A stretch of 64,000 bases of DNA from Nitrosopumilus sp. (GCA_965238275.1 OZ250186.1:608001-672000), one strand, 5' to 3'; positions 20,031 to 31,157 are shown, counted from the first letter of the stretch. Numbers and translations are program-made. The notes: generated by a model from the letters alone, not told the origin.

Positions 20031-21209
20031 GTCGTCTTGGAATGCTTTTTTTACCATCTCAGAAGAGACCGTAATTTTGTATTTTTTTGTCCTTCCGTGA
20101 ATTCCCTGATGGATCAGCCTGCCTGAGATGATCCCAGACAGTTCAATCTCACTTAACATTTGGGTGATTCGTCTCTGGGTGAGGTTGTCCCTCCCGACAA
20201 CCTTGCAGAGGTTTTTGTAGGAGACGTATATCTCTCCAGTACTCGATCCGTTCGCCTTTATTATTGCCAGAATTAGTAGTTTTTCGTGTAGTGGGTAAGA
20301 TTTGAGTGATGCCTCCTCCTTGTTCTCCTCTATTTTTTGGGAGGCCTCCCGGACATTGTCTGCTGTAACGTGGCCGGACTGCCGCCGTTCTGCAATCTCG
20401 CCGGCTACACGAATTAGGTCTATCGCCCTTCTAGCATCCCCGTGTTCGCTTCCTGCAAGAGCGGCGCATAGGTTTAGTGCAGATTCCTCAACGGATCCGG
20501 CCACAAACGCCTTGTTGATTCTCTCCTGAAGGATTCTTTTGATCTGTTCTGTGTTGTAGTTGGGAAAGACGATCTCCTCCTCCCCCAGGCTGCTGATCAC
20601 TCTGGGATCCAGATTCTCTTTGAATGTTAGATCATTTGAGATTCCCACCACCGTGAGAAACCCCGTACTCAGTCTCTCGTTTGCCCTAGTTAGTTGATAC
20701 AAGATGTCTTTTTTGGTTTTTGTAATTAGTTGTGCTAGATAATCAATCTCGTCTATCACAAATATTGTGTTAAGTTTGTCTTGGTTGATTTTGTTTAGTG
20801 ATCTTTTAAACACCTCACTAATCGCAAGGCCGGTGGTTGGTAGTTCCCGTTCCTCGATACCAAGCTGCCTACCCATACTCACCAACAACCCATAAAGTGT
20901 AGTCTCTTCCTTGGCATTGGAGTAGATCAATTTGATCGGAAAGTTTGATTTTTCCACCCGGTCCCGAATCTTTGATATCACTTTTTTAACCACCAATGTC
21001 TTGCCGGTGCCTGGTTTACCATACACCAAAAGGTTTGACGGTCTTGATTGTCTTAGGATTGGGAGTAGTGATTGGGTAACCATCTCCTGTTCTGCATCTC
21101 TATGAAGGATGGTGTCTGGTATGTATGTGAGATGAAGGATGTCCCTGTTCTGAATGATCACATCTCCAGACTCGGCTGCATCAAGCAACCTGTCTATTGG
21201 ATCAGACAA
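20007..21209 (-). CDS. cdc6: Orc1/Cdc6 replication initiator
   Basis: GKPGTGKT, IDEID, GDARRAIDL, C-terminal winged helix; TTG start inferred. Confidence 0.96.
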   Translation of the reverse strand: MSDPIDRLLDAAESGDVIIQNRDILHLTYIPDTILHRDAEQEMVTQSLLPILRQSRPSNLLVYGKPGTGKTLVVKKVISKIRDRVEKSNFPIKLIYSNAKEETTLYGLLVSMGRQLGIEERELPTTGLAISEVFKRSLNKINQDKLNTIFVIDEIDYLAQLITKTKKDILYQLTRANERLSTGFLTVVGISNDLTFKENLDPRVISSLGEEEIVFPNYNTEQIKRILQERINKAFVAGSVEESALNLCAALAGSEHGDARRAIDLIRVAGEIAERRQSGHVTADNVREASQKIEENKEEASLKSYPLHEKLLILAIIKANGSSTGEIYVSYKNLCKVVGRDNLTQRRITQMLSEIELSGIISGRLIHQGIHGRTKKYKITVSSEMVKKAFQDDLTLHDII

Positions 21210-21259
21210 CCCACACACCTTTGTTTCCTATCAACACCATCTAACCTATCCCCTTCTTG

Positions 21260-21650
21260 GTTTAGAGTGGAATGGTTATTCTAGTTAAGTTTGTAATTAA
21301 TTATTTTTGCTTTAAAAAAAATAAGAAAAGGGTAGAGTGGAAATATAGGTGTGTGGGTTGCCGCGGACCTACGGTTAACACCATGTTGGTTGTTTGTTAA
21401 GAAACACACCAAAAAAGGTATTTTTGACCCCTTCATTTCCACTCTAGGCGTTAAGACGAGCCTTAACAGAGTTAACATGTGGTTTCTGACCCCTTCATTT
21501 CCACTCCAGTCACAAACAAGGTAGTTTTCCGCCAATCACACCCACCAACATGTTAACAACGACGGCCACCTAGAACCCCCTAGGCAGTCAATGTTAACAA
21601 ACCAACTCATTAACAAATTTCAAAGGATCCATTAATCTGTTAACGGCAGA
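21260..21650. other. Replication origin oriC with ORB-like repeats and an AT-rich segment
   Basis: tagagtggaa at 21263 and 21333; inverted tgaccccttcatttccactcYag at 21425-21447 and 21487-21509; AT tract 21285-21330; directly upstream of cdc6. Confidence 0.85.
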
Positions 21651-21663
21651 TCCATATGATCCC

Positions 21664-22044
21664 ATGACAAAGAAACGGATCCGGATAGACATGGAGGACT
21701 CTGATGGAGCCAGATACGACATAAAACTAGAAGGAAACGTCACCCGGGAGAAGATTCTGAAGATATTTGAGATGATGGATCTGATGAACATCGAGGAGGA
21801 ACCAAAAACACCCAACACAGATTCGACAGGATCAAAGATCTGGCACGTTGTGGATAAGTTCTTCCCTACAGGGAACTTTACCTCTACAAACATACTTGAA
21901 AAGTATGAAGACGAGTTCAACAAACCAATCAAACTAAGCATAATATCCACATACCTGTCACGGTTTTCATCAAAAGGGAAGATTAACAGAACCAGAACCG
22001 GCCGGGAATGGACCTACCAAACCATAAAAATCACCCAAAGATAG
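21664..22044 (+). CDS. Origin-adjacent winged-helix protein
   Basis: ISTYLSRFSSKGKINRTRTGREWTY wHTH signature. Confidence 0.75.
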   Translation: MTKKRIRIDMEDSDGARYDIKLEGNVTREKILKIFEMMDLMNIEEEPKTPNTDSTGSKIWHVVDKFFPTGNFTSTNILEKYEDEFNKPIKLSIISTYLSRFSSKGKINRTRTGREWTYQTIKITQR

Positions 22045-22305
22045 GCGCCCCCACCTGCAACCCCACACAAACCCACTGGGGTGCCGGCATTCTGATGATT
22101 ATGCGTAGGCGTAGTGAGGCCAGGAGACCCCAAGATCACAAATCCACAACCCAGTATCATTTTTGCACAACCCACGGGTCGGCGTTGTGCCTAGCGGTGG
22201 GCAAAAACCCACAAAGACGCTGACGCTCAAACCATTATTGGCGCGTTGATTGTGTGATCTTGGTTGGGCGATGCTTCAACCACACACAACACACGCCCTA
22301 CCACA

Positions 22306-22914
22306 CTATGTTTTGATCCTTACTACACCCTTCTCCGTTATGGAGTATGTGTATGGTTTTGATTCCATGTTTCTTACCACGTATCCCTCATCATACAACC
22401 TCTTCATTAACCGCGACGTGTGTTCCCTGCTCTTTTTTAACATGGTTTGTATATCACGTGACGTCATTGGATTGTTTGTGATTAAATGTAACACATAATC
22501 TGTGGAGTTGAGGTGTTTGTTGGTGATTTCTGGCGCCGTGGTGGTTTCTGGGCTGGTTGTGTTTGTTAGCTGGTGTGGTTTGGCGGCTGGCGTGATCTGC
22601 GCGTTTGGTGTGGTTTTTGCCCCCCCCTCCCCCCAATTGGTGCGGGGCCGCACCGAAGCCTGTTCCTGAACACTACTTTTTACATCCTGCACGCCTAAAC
22701 TATCCAAACGTATCTTCATGTCTATTAACTGCCTCTCATAATACTTGAGCAGTTCTGACGGCGCGTCGTTGCTGGTCTTGTTTTTAGATTTGAAGTGCGC
22801 GTTGATGACATAATACACATACACACCTCCCACACCCACCAAAAACGCAACAATCACACCAAGAATCACCTCCAAATTCGGAATCTCTACCAACATCACA
22901 ACATCTGTAACCAT
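22306..22914 (-). CDS. Membrane-anchored winged-helix protein
   Basis: N-terminal TM, P/T-rich linker, SREHTSRLMKRLYDEGYV HTH. Confidence 0.75.
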   Translation of the reverse strand: MVTDVVMLVEIPNLEVILGVIVAFLVGVGGVYVYYVINAHFKSKNKTSNDAPSELLKYYERQLIDMKIRLDSLGVQDVKSSVQEQASVRPRTNWGEGGAKTTPNAQITPAAKPHQLTNTTSPETTTAPEITNKHLNSTDYVLHLITNNPMTSRDIQTMLKKSREHTSRLMKRLYDEGYVVRNMESKPYTYSITEKGVVRIKT

Positions 22915-23019
22915 ACCGTGATTTATTGTAACCGAATTAGATGATTTTACATTTTACGTTGACAAATTACACATATAATCACAACCAACTCCAATAAAAC
23001 AGCCCCAGCAACCAAACCA

Positions 23020-23382
23020 TCACAACTTAACCATTTGTTGGATAAGCTTTTCTATCACGTCAATTACTTCTTTCTCCTTTTCTGGGAACACATCACCATC
23101 TTTTATCACACTAACCTGATCCGAAATTTGTAAAATCACATCAATGTTATCAGGCACGAGTATGCCCAACCCACGCAAAAGCACGACTGTGTAAAACAGC
23201 GCAACCACCTTGTCCCTTGACTGGCCCACCTGTCTGTAGTATGCGCCCTTGGTGATGGCAAACTGTGCGTGCTGCAGGCCCATCTGGTTTGAAATAATTT
23301 CAATTTGTCGTTCTGTAAACAAGGATTTTTTAATAATATGACGAACAACGCTGTTAAAATTGGATTGATTAGAATCGGCCAT
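23020..23382 (-). CDS. Conserved hypothetical protein
   Basis: SLFTERQ..ITKGAYYRQ; divergent from GGGP synthase; start inferred. Confidence 0.65.
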   Translation of the reverse strand: MADSNQSNFNSVVRHIIKKSLFTERQIEIISNQMGLQHAQFAITKGAYYRQVGQSRDKVVALFYTVVLLRGLGILVPDNIDVILQISDQVSVIKDGDVFPEKEKEVIDVIEKLIQQMVKL

Positions 23383-23446
23383 AGCTATACAAATCTGTAT
23401 ACAGCACCACAATTAAACTTTAAAATGTCATCTACAAACCAACCAT

Positions 23447-24196
23447 ATGGCAGGCAGTGTGGAGTCATTCCTAAGATCCGAACTGAAGGAGAAGAACACA
23501 CTACTCTTTGTACTGATTGACTCTGAGATGTCAGATCTGGAGGCGTCTGCCAGCTTGGCAGTTGGTGTGGAGAAGATCGGGGCATCTGCAATACTGGTTG
23601 GTGGTTCCTCTGTTACAGACCAGATGGGGATGGATGGCGTTGTTGCAGGAATAAAGAAAGGGGTTAAGATTCCCATCATACTGTTCCCTGGCAACATAAC
23701 CGGGGTCGTGCCTAGCGCAGACGCAATCCTGTTCAGCTCGCTTATGAATTCTGAAAACCCATACTTTATTACACAGGCCCAGGCGTTAGGAGCCCCAACC
23801 GTTGCCAAGTTCGGCTTGGAACCACTACCAACAGCATACCTGGTGATAGGGGATGGAACATCTGCGTGGTTCGTGGGCTCTGCCCGAGGCATACCGTTCA
23901 ACAAACCCAAAATAGCCGCCGCGTATGCCTTGGCAGCTAAGTTTTTGGGCATGAGGTTTGTGTACCTTGAGGCAGGTTCGGGCGCCAAAACCAACGTGAC
24001 GCCTGAGATGGTTAGGATGGTTAGGATGGCGTTTGATGGTTTTCTGATTGTTGGGGGAGGCATTAAGGACGCTGAAACCGCCAAAAGCTTGGCAGAGGCG
24101 GGCGCAGACGCCTTGGTCATTGGAACATTCCTTGAACAGGGCGGTCGCCTGGACAAGCTTCAGGGGATGGTGGATGCCATCCAAAACAGGGCATAG
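23447..24196 (+). CDS. Geranylgeranylglyceryl phosphate synthase
   Basis: ILVGGS, FPG, YLEAGSGA, VGGGI motifs. Confidence 0.93.
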   Translation: MAGSVESFLRSELKEKNTLLFVLIDSEMSDLEASASLAVGVEKIGASAILVGGSSVTDQMGMDGVVAGIKKGVKIPIILFPGNITGVVPSADAILFSSLMNSENPYFITQAQALGAPTVAKFGLEPLPTAYLVIGDGTSAWFVGSARGIPFNKPKIAAAYALAAKFLGMRFVYLEAGSGAKTNVTPEMVRMVRMAFDGFLIVGGGIKDAETAKSLAEAGADALVIGTFLEQGGRLDKLQGMVDAIQNRA

Positions 24197-24203
24197 TCAC
24201 GCC

Positions 24204-27200
24204 ATGTCTGAAAACACATCAATCTCCAGAATCAGGAGCGTTCCAATGCCCGAACACTATCACAAGTACTACTCGGATCTCTCAACTAGGACATACACAA
24301 TATTTGAGAAGGCCGCAGCGGCAAAATCCCACCTTGTTGACTCTTCTGGGATGGTAGAACCAAAAATAGCATTTGATCTGGCTGATCGTGTAGCAAAAAT
24401 GCATGATATTGACATTGCCGACCCACTTAGGAAGCTGTTACAAACAAACGGCAAGGAGGTGTCGGCACTCATACTGTCTGAGAGGATCGCCCTTGGCAAA
24501 TACTCGCCCCCGGATGCCACCATTGAAGAGAAACTCGACCTTGCCGTACGTGTGGGCCTTGCAATTGTGACGGAGGGGGTAACGATTGCCCCCCTTCAAG
24601 GAATCAGCGAAGTTACAATCAAAAGAAACAAGGACGGTTCAGAATATCTGTCAGTATCGATAGCCGGACCAATGCGTTCTGCAGGGGGAACCGAATCTGC
24701 CGTGACAATGCTGATTGCAGACCATGTGCGAAAAAAGGCCGGACTGTCCAAATTTCAGGCCAACTCGTTTGATGACGAAACGGGCAGGTTTGTAGAGGAA
24801 CTGAGGATATATGAGCGGGAGGCAAGCAGCTTTCAGTTTCATGTATTGGATCGGGACATCGAACACGTCATATCAAACCTGCCAGTAGAACTTGACGGGG
24901 TTGACACTGATCCTTTTGAGGTAGTCAACCATAAATCCATGGCCCGTATCAAGACTGATCGGGTGAGGGGCGGCGCCCTGCGCGTGTTAAACGACGGACT
25001 AATCGGCAGATCCAAGAAACTCCTTAAAAGAATAGAACTGTACAAGTTGGATGGTTGGGAATGGCTTAAGGATCTCGAGGGTGCAGTCCAGGCAGGTAAC
25101 AACCAGGAGGACGCTGCCACAAAAAGGATGCGCGAGGTGATTGCAGGAAGGTCGGTACTGTCAATGTCCAACAAACCCGGAGGGTTTCGTCTTAGGTATG
25201 GACGCGCCTGCAATACTGGATTTGCCGCAATCGGGATACATCCCGTAATAGCAGAAATTCTAAACCACACCATCGTAGTGGGGACACAAATCAAAACTGA
25301 TATTCCTGGAAAGGGGGCAACTGTTGCCTTTGTAGACTCCATCGAGACCCCGACAGTATTACTCAACAACGGCAGCGTCGTCAAGATCCGGGATCTGGAA
25401 CACGGAACCAAGATAAAAAACGAGATCAAAAGAATACTGCACCTTGGGGACATCCTCATATCTTTTGGCGATTTTCTTGAGAACAACGCACAACTGGTTC
25501 CATCCGGGTACGTTGAGGAGTTCTGGGCGGAGGAACTGAGGCACAGGATTGAGGCGCAGGATCCTGGCTGTCAGAGCATGACGCAGTTTCTCCTCAGGGC
25601 CCCGACTGTACACGAGGCAATAAAAATATCCCTCGAGTGCGGCATATCACTACATCCCAGTTTTTTATACTTCTGGGATCTGATCTCAACTAGGGAACTT
25701 AAAGAACTCCTCAAACCCCTGACATCAGACGAATCCGTAATCCGATACCCTTCTGGAACAAAACGAACTCTTGAGATGTTGGGAGTACCGCACAGGCTTG
25801 ACGGGGAGGATGTGGTTTTGGAGGGCACGGAGGCCACAGTGTTCCACCACCTGTTGTTCCAGAAGAAGCCGGACGTTGATGGAGATTCGGTTCCTGAGAT
25901 CCTGTCTGACTCTTCGGGAATCCAAATACGGAACAAATCCTCACGTTCCATAGGCGTCCGTATAGGGAGGCCTGAAAAGGCTGCTGCAAGGCAGATGAAA
26001 CCTCCAACACACATGCTTTTTCCGGTAGGCGATAAAGGGGGCCCCACCAGGGATCTACTTCGGGCCTCAAGAAACGGGAACTTCTTTACCAACATCTCCA
26101 ACAGACGCTGCACCGGGTGCGGCCAGCTCTCAATTGGCATTAAATGTTCTATATGTGGTACCAAGACCGCAGTTACATACTACTGCCCAAACTGCAGGGA
26201 TGCAGTGGATGGTCCGAACTGCCCAAACTGCAGACGTGCGGCCCAGACCCACTCCCACAAGGAGTTTCCGCTAAAGGCAAGACTGATGCTTGCACAGGAA
26301 AGGATGAAGATACGTGCCCGCGAACCCCTCAAGGGGGTCAAGGATCTGATTGGGCAGGATCGAATTGCCGAACCCATCGAGAAGGGGCTGGCACGCCAGA
26401 GCTTTGGGCTTACCGTCTTCAAGGACGGAACTGTGCGGTTTGATGCCACAAACTCCCCGCTTACCCAATTCAAACCATCCTGGGTGGGAACCTCCGTTGA
26501 GAAACTGAAAGAACTTGGATACTCCTGTGATGTGGATGGGGAGCCGCTGAGTCGTCCCGACCAGATCCTTGAACTCCGTATGCAGGATGTGATACTTCCA
26601 TACGAGAGTGGGAGTTATCTGGTCCTGGTCACTAAATACATTGACACCCTTTTTGAGAGATTCTATGAAACCGAGCCGTTCTACAACGTCAAGGACCTGC
26701 ATGATCTCGTGGGCCATCTGGTGATAGGGCTGGCACCACACACCTCTGTTGGGATAGTGGGGCGCATCATTGGATTTACCAGCACCAATGTGTGTTTTGG
26801 AACACCCAACTGGCATTCTGCCAAGAGACGGGATGCTGATGGAGATGCCGACTCTGTCATGTTGTTGACAGACGCCCTGCTCAATTTTTCAAGACTGTTT
26901 CTCTCTGATCGGATAGGGGGGCTCATGGATGCGCCACTACTCATCCAGCCCTTGGTCCTGCCCCACGAGTCACAGCCGCAGGCACACAACCTTGAGGTGG
27001 TAAAGTCGCTACCGCTGGAATTTTTCGAATCCACCCTCAAATGTACCCGTGCCTCGGATGTCTCGTCAATAGAGATTATAAAGTCACGTCTGGATACTGA
27101 GAGGCAGTTCCATGATTATTTTTTTACCCACACCACCTCATCTTTGATTACATCAAAGACGCGTAGTGCCTACTCGACTCTTGGATCCATGCTTGACAAG

Positions 27201-27581
27201 TTTGACATGCAGATAAGGAACGCCGAGTTGATTGATGCCGTGGATACAACCGAGATCGTCTCAAACGTCATAACCACCCACTTTGTTCCCGACATAGTAG
27301 GAAACCTCAGGTCGTACGCCAAACAAAAATTCAGATGCATGGCATGTGGGCTTTCGTATCGGCGCACACCCCTTACCAAGACATGCCAGTGCGGCAACGA
27401 ACTGCTTCCCACCATTACAAAAGCCTCAATTGTAAAGTATCTAAAACTCGCAAAGAGGCTGGTTGTCACATATGACGTGGGCAGGTACCAGAGGGGAAGG
27501 ATACATGCACTCTCAGACGAGATTGAGCTGGTATTCGGGAAGAGTCGTGGGGATCAGTCCCTCCTTACCGACTACTCCTAA
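24204..27581 (+). CDS. polC: DNA polymerase D large subunit DP2
   Basis: AGPMRSAGGT, GGFRLRYGR, RIGRPEKA, KRRDADGDAD, Zn fingers; no intein seen. Confidence 0.97.
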   Translation: MSENTSISRIRSVPMPEHYHKYYSDLSTRTYTIFEKAAAAKSHLVDSSGMVEPKIAFDLADRVAKMHDIDIADPLRKLLQTNGKEVSALILSERIALGKYSPPDATIEEKLDLAVRVGLAIVTEGVTIAPLQGISEVTIKRNKDGSEYLSVSIAGPMRSAGGTESAVTMLIADHVRKKAGLSKFQANSFDDETGRFVEELRIYEREASSFQFHVLDRDIEHVISNLPVELDGVDTDPFEVVNHKSMARIKTDRVRGGALRVLNDGLIGRSKKLLKRIELYKLDGWEWLKDLEGAVQAGNNQEDAATKRMREVIAGRSVLSMSNKPGGFRLRYGRACNTGFAAIGIHPVIAEILNHTIVVGTQIKTDIPGKGATVAFVDSIETPTVLLNNGSVVKIRDLEHGTKIKNEIKRILHLGDILISFGDFLENNAQLVPSGYVEEFWAEELRHRIEAQDPGCQSMTQFLLRAPTVHEAIKISLECGISLHPSFLYFWDLISTRELKELLKPLTSDESVIRYPSGTKRTLEMLGVPHRLDGEDVVLEGTEATVFHHLLFQKKPDVDGDSVPEILSDSSGIQIRNKSSRSIGVRIGRPEKAAARQMKPPTHMLFPVGDKGGPTRDLLRASRNGNFFTNISNRRCTGCGQLSIGIKCSICGTKTAVTYYCPNCRDAVDGPNCPNCRRAAQTHSHKEFPLKARLMLAQERMKIRAREPLKGVKDLIGQDRIAEPIEKGLARQSFGLTVFKDGTVRFDATNSPLTQFKPSWVGTSVEKLKELGYSCDVDGEPLSRPDQILELRMQDVILPYESGSYLVLVTKYIDTLFERFYETEPFYNVKDLHDLVGHLVIGLAPHTSVGIVGRIIGFTSTNVCFGTPNWHSAKRRDADGDADSVMLLTDALLNFSRLFLSDRIGGLMDAPLLIQPLVLPHESQPQAHNLEVVKSLPLEFFESTLKCTRASDVSSIEIIKSRLDTERQFHDYFFTHTTSSLITSKTRSAYSTLGSMLDKFDMQIRNAELIDAVDTTEIVSNVITTHFVPDIVGNLRSYAKQKFRCMACGLSYRRTPLTKTCQCGNELLPTITKASIVKYLKLAKRLVVTYDVGRYQRGRIHALSDEIELVFGKSRGDQSLLTDYS

Positions 27582-27674
27582 CCATGATGCTCGGGGTGAC
27601 CAAGTACACGCTGTCCGCTCAAACCCGGCTACTACAAACCCCGTCTACTGGGGCCATTACAACAACTGTCCCGT

Positions 27675-28994
27675 TTATCTCAGCTTGACGTACTCGTAGG
27701 CGCCAAGACCGTCGTTAAAACAGAACCTGACCTTCTGGTAGTCTCTTCTGAACGCCTTAATCTTTGGGCGTATCCTCTTTGGATCCTTTCGGTCTATTAC
27801 TACCTGCTTGATGAATGAGGCAATCTCCTGCATCTGGTCCTTCTTCATTCCAAGGCGGGTGATCTCTGAAACCCCGAGCCTGATTCCGCCCGGGTGGAAG
27901 TAGTTTCTCCCCGCCTTTATATCTCCGGGAATGAGCTGCCTGTTTACTATTATGTTGGCCTTCTCCAACTCGGCCTCGACCAAACCCCCGTCTGAGTAGT
28001 TTAGAACGTTGACTGCAATCTGGTGTGACTCTGTAAACCCCCTGTCCTCGCCAAGTACCTTGAATCCTGCATTACTGAGTGATTCTGCAAGCACCCTTGC
28101 ATTTTTTATGACCTGGTCTGCATATTTTACTCCAAATTCCAGAGCCTCCGCAAAGGCGACTGCCTTTCCTGCCATGTTGTTGATGTGATGGCTGCTTGTA
28201 AGACCGGGAAATATCGTCTTCTTTATGGCCTCCTCATGCGTCTTGGAGCCCAATACCAGCCCGCCCTGGGGCCCAAACAGGGTCTTGTGCGTACTCATGG
28301 TCATGGTGTCTGCACCCTCCCTGAGCGGATCCTGAAACCTGTGGCCCGCTATCAGCCCTGCAACATGGGCAGCGTCATAATTGATGTGGACATTGTGGCT
28401 CTTTAGGACGTCTGACAGCTCCCTGACCGGGTGTGGAAACAGGAAGAGGGAACCGCCAAACATCGCAATTTTTGGAAGGCGGCCGTCCTTGTCCAACTGT
28501 GCGATCTTCTTCTTTGTCTTGTCAACATCAATTGTCATCTCCTCTGCATTAAACGGATAAAACTCGATCTCCAACCCGTGAACCAGCCCCGCGGTCCCCG
28601 AATGCTCCCTCTTGCCATGTGATATGTGACCTCCGGCAGGAATGGATGGCGCCAGCATCACGTCTCCGGGATTTGAGTACGCCGAGTAGATGGCAAGGTT
28701 TGCAATGACGCCTGAGATTGGCCTGACATCTGCGAATTCGGCCTTGTAGAGTTTCTTTGCCAGATCTGTACACTCTACTTCTACCTCATCAATGTAGGTG
28801 CATCCAGCATAGACCCTCTCCCCAGGCCATCCTTCCGCATATCTGTTGCCAAAGTCAGAGACCACCGCCTCCCGTACAGCCGGGCTGGGGACGTTCTCAC
28901 TTGCAATCAGCGGGATCAATTCTTCAAACCACCTGTGATGCTTCTTTAACTTTGAGAAGATTCTGTTGTATGATTCCCTGTTTTGGCCTGCCAT
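27675..28994 (-). CDS. glyA: Serine hydroxymethyltransferase
   Basis: LIASEN, RYAEG, GGHISH, STHKTLFGPQGG. Confidence 0.97.
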   Translation of the reverse strand: MAGQNRESYNRIFSKLKKHHRWFEELIPLIASENVPSPAVREAVVSDFGNRYAEGWPGERVYAGCTYIDEVEVECTDLAKKLYKAEFADVRPISGVIANLAIYSAYSNPGDVMLAPSIPAGGHISHGKREHSGTAGLVHGLEIEFYPFNAEEMTIDVDKTKKKIAQLDKDGRLPKIAMFGGSLFLFPHPVRELSDVLKSHNVHINYDAAHVAGLIAGHRFQDPLREGADTMTMSTHKTLFGPQGGLVLGSKTHEEAIKKTIFPGLTSSHHINNMAGKAVAFAEALEFGVKYADQVIKNARVLAESLSNAGFKVLGEDRGFTESHQIAVNVLNYSDGGLVEAELEKANIIVNRQLIPGDIKAGRNYFHPGGIRLGVSEITRLGMKKDQMQEIASFIKQVVIDRKDPKRIRPKIKAFRRDYQKVRFCFNDGLGAYEYVKLR

Positions 28995-29076
28995 ATACGT
29001 CCGTGTAACGATTCCCAATTTAAAAACACCGTCGCGGGACTGGAATGCAGGCCGCATGCCCGTCTCGGGCCGTCAT

Positions 29077-30453
29077 TTACTTCCTTGTCACGAATCCGCC
29101 CCCTGTAGGGTCCGGAGGTGGTATGCGCTTGGATCTGCCCAACCCTATGGTTGTAATGACTACCGATGAAAGGATGATAAAGAATATGATCTGCGGATAT
29201 GCCTCTGCATTGGGCAGGCCCAGGGTTACAGGATATGTGGCAAGTACGGCAGCTGCCAACCCCCTTGGAATCATCGAAGTTGTTACCACCTTGTCCAGCC
29301 TTGAGAATCTCTTTGTCAGGGTAATCCGGACAATTATCGACCGCCCAAAGTATACTGCCACCGTAATCAGAACCCCAAATATGACATACTCTATTTGTCC
29401 AAAACTTGCCATCAACCCCACAAACACGAAGAAGAACGATCTTATCAGAAACGTCAGCTGGTTGTGCGTGGGATCGTCTGTCTCGATCTTTGGAAGCTTG
29501 AATCTGAGAACCCGGGCAAGATGGCTCTTGTTTCCAAGCATCAGACCAAACACCAGTGCCGTCAACGCCCCGGACTCTCCAAACGAGGTTGCAAAGAAGA
29601 ACAAGACAAACAGAATCCCCAAGGTAAGCATGTAGGCGTGCTGGACGTTTCCAAGCTTCGTGGTTATGTACATCCAGGGAACCCCCACACCCAACCCCAA
29701 GGCCAAGCCCACTACGACTGCCCTTCCAAACGTCTCCTGTATGGTCTGCAGGTCAAACTGTCCTGCAAGCACGGCCTCAAAGAGGACGAATGCAATTATC
29801 GTGGCCAGAATATCAGTCAGTGCCGATTCGAAGCTGAGCATGGACTTTGTCTCATCTCCAATCTTGATGTTCCTGACGAGGCCGAAGACTATGACCGAGC
29901 TGCTTCCGCCTACGATGGAGCCCAGCAGAATGCTGTCCAGAATGGGCCACGCCAGGATGTAAAAGGCAGCAGCAGCAATCATGGCCACTGACAGGATAAA
30001 ACCCAAAACCGCCAGAACCACTGAAAAATGCGCAGTCTTGATTACATGCTTGATGTCGAGATTCAACCCCCCGTCAAACATTATGATTATCAGGGCAAGT
30101 GCGGCAAAATAAGGCACGATCTGAATGACTGCTTCCGGCCCGATTATTCCAAGAACCGGCCCGATCAACACCCCGAAGATCATCAGGAATATGATGTCTG
30201 GGACTCCCGTCTTCTTGAAGAACGCCTCGCCTGCAACCCCCAGAAGAATTACGACCCCTGCAGTAAGCAGCAGCACCTCGGCTGAGGCTATCTGTCCATT
30301 CTGAACCGTCAGCGATTCCACTGTGCTGCGCAGATCCACAACCTTGTCTAGGATCATACTCACGCCTATATCTGGCAATTGGATCCTCTCAACCTGTTCG
30401 CTTATCATACCAAGAACTGTTAAGATTGTAGGATTCAACAGCTGTACCCACAC
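29077..30453 (-). CDS. Cation:proton antiporter (CPA1)
   Basis: About 12 TMs, FESALTD, PRGLAAAVLA; start uncertain. Confidence 0.88.
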   Translation of the reverse strand: MWVQLLNPTILTVLGMISEQVERIQLPDIGVSMILDKVVDLRSTVESLTVQNGQIASAEVLLLTAGVVILLGVAGEAFFKKTGVPDIIFLMIFGVLIGPVLGIIGPEAVIQIVPYFAALALIIIMFDGGLNLDIKHVIKTAHFSVVLAVLGFILSVAMIAAAAFYILAWPILDSILLGSIVGGSSSVIVFGLVRNIKIGDETKSMLSFESALTDILATIIAFVLFEAVLAGQFDLQTIQETFGRAVVVGLALGLGVGVPWMYITTKLGNVQHAYMLTLGILFVLFFFATSFGESGALTALVFGLMLGNKSHLARVLRFKLPKIETDDPTHNQLTFLIRSFFFVFVGLMASFGQIEYVIFGVLITVAVYFGRSIIVRITLTKRFSRLDKVVTTSMIPRGLAAAVLATYPVTLGLPNAEAYPQIIFFIILSSVVITTIGLGRSKRIPPPDPTGGGFVTRK

Positions 30454-30577
30454 AAGTACCGATAAAAATCAAACTCCGTTCACACCGGCATATACCTGTG
30501 CGTGCGACTGCAGTTCTGTTGCCAGCCCGTCCTGACTACGATACAGATAAAGTCAGCTGCGTCGGTGCACGTGTCAA

Positions 30578-31120
30578 TTGAGCGCTACAGAGACGCTAAG
30601 GGAGGATCACCGGCAGATCAAACGCTTGGACCGGATTATTATCCGGTGTTATACGGAGCTGTATGCAGGCAGGGAGATCCCCCTTGCAGACATTGAAAAG
30701 ATTGCAAAAATAATGGATGACTTTCTAGACTCGATCCACTATTCAAGGGAGGAGGATGCATACTTTCCGTGCGTTGCAAGCTACGATCACCTCAAAAACG
30801 AGATCAGGGGGCTGCTCATAGAACACGAGTTCTCTAGGCGCATTGCTGCGAAGATCAAAAAACACCTCCGGGCTTGGAGGGAGGGAACGGATGCAAGGGA
30901 GCCTGTGGCAAGGTACCTCAAGACATACTCCGTATATCTGGCAGACCACATGGCCAAGGAGGAGGCCTTCTTTGACAGGGCCGCATCAGAGGTTCTCTCA
31001 AAGGAGGAGGAATACGACATGTATGATCAGTTCAAGTCAGTCATGGCAGTATCGATTGGCGTGGATGCGATGATCAGGGAAATAGAATATCTGGAGATGC
31101 TGCCCTGGGCCCGTGACTAG
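30578..31120 (+). CDS. Hemerythrin/HHE domain protein
   Basis: EDH, HYSREE, EHE, HMAKEE motifs. Confidence 0.85.
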   Translation: MSATETLREDHRQIKRLDRIIIRCYTELYAGREIPLADIEKIAKIMDDFLDSIHYSREEDAYFPCVASYDHLKNEIRGLLIEHEFSRRIAAKIKKHLRAWREGTDAREPVARYLKTYSVYLADHMAKEEAFFDRAASEVLSKEEEYDMYDQFKSVMAVSIGVDAMIREIEYLEMLPWARD

Positions 31121-31157
31121 CGCAAACTCTTTATGGGCTGTCTTGAGACTCGTTCCC

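Noticed and set aside
24048-24203. N-terminal extensions in the ORF track (DP2, sat, aconitase X, nth, Snf7, glyA)
   Set aside because: They overlap neighbouring genes or promoters; downstream starts fit the family N-termini.
24204-27581. Inteins in DP2, Cdc48 or Cdc6
   Set aside because: Lengths are normal and no splice-junction or LAGLIDADG motifs were seen.
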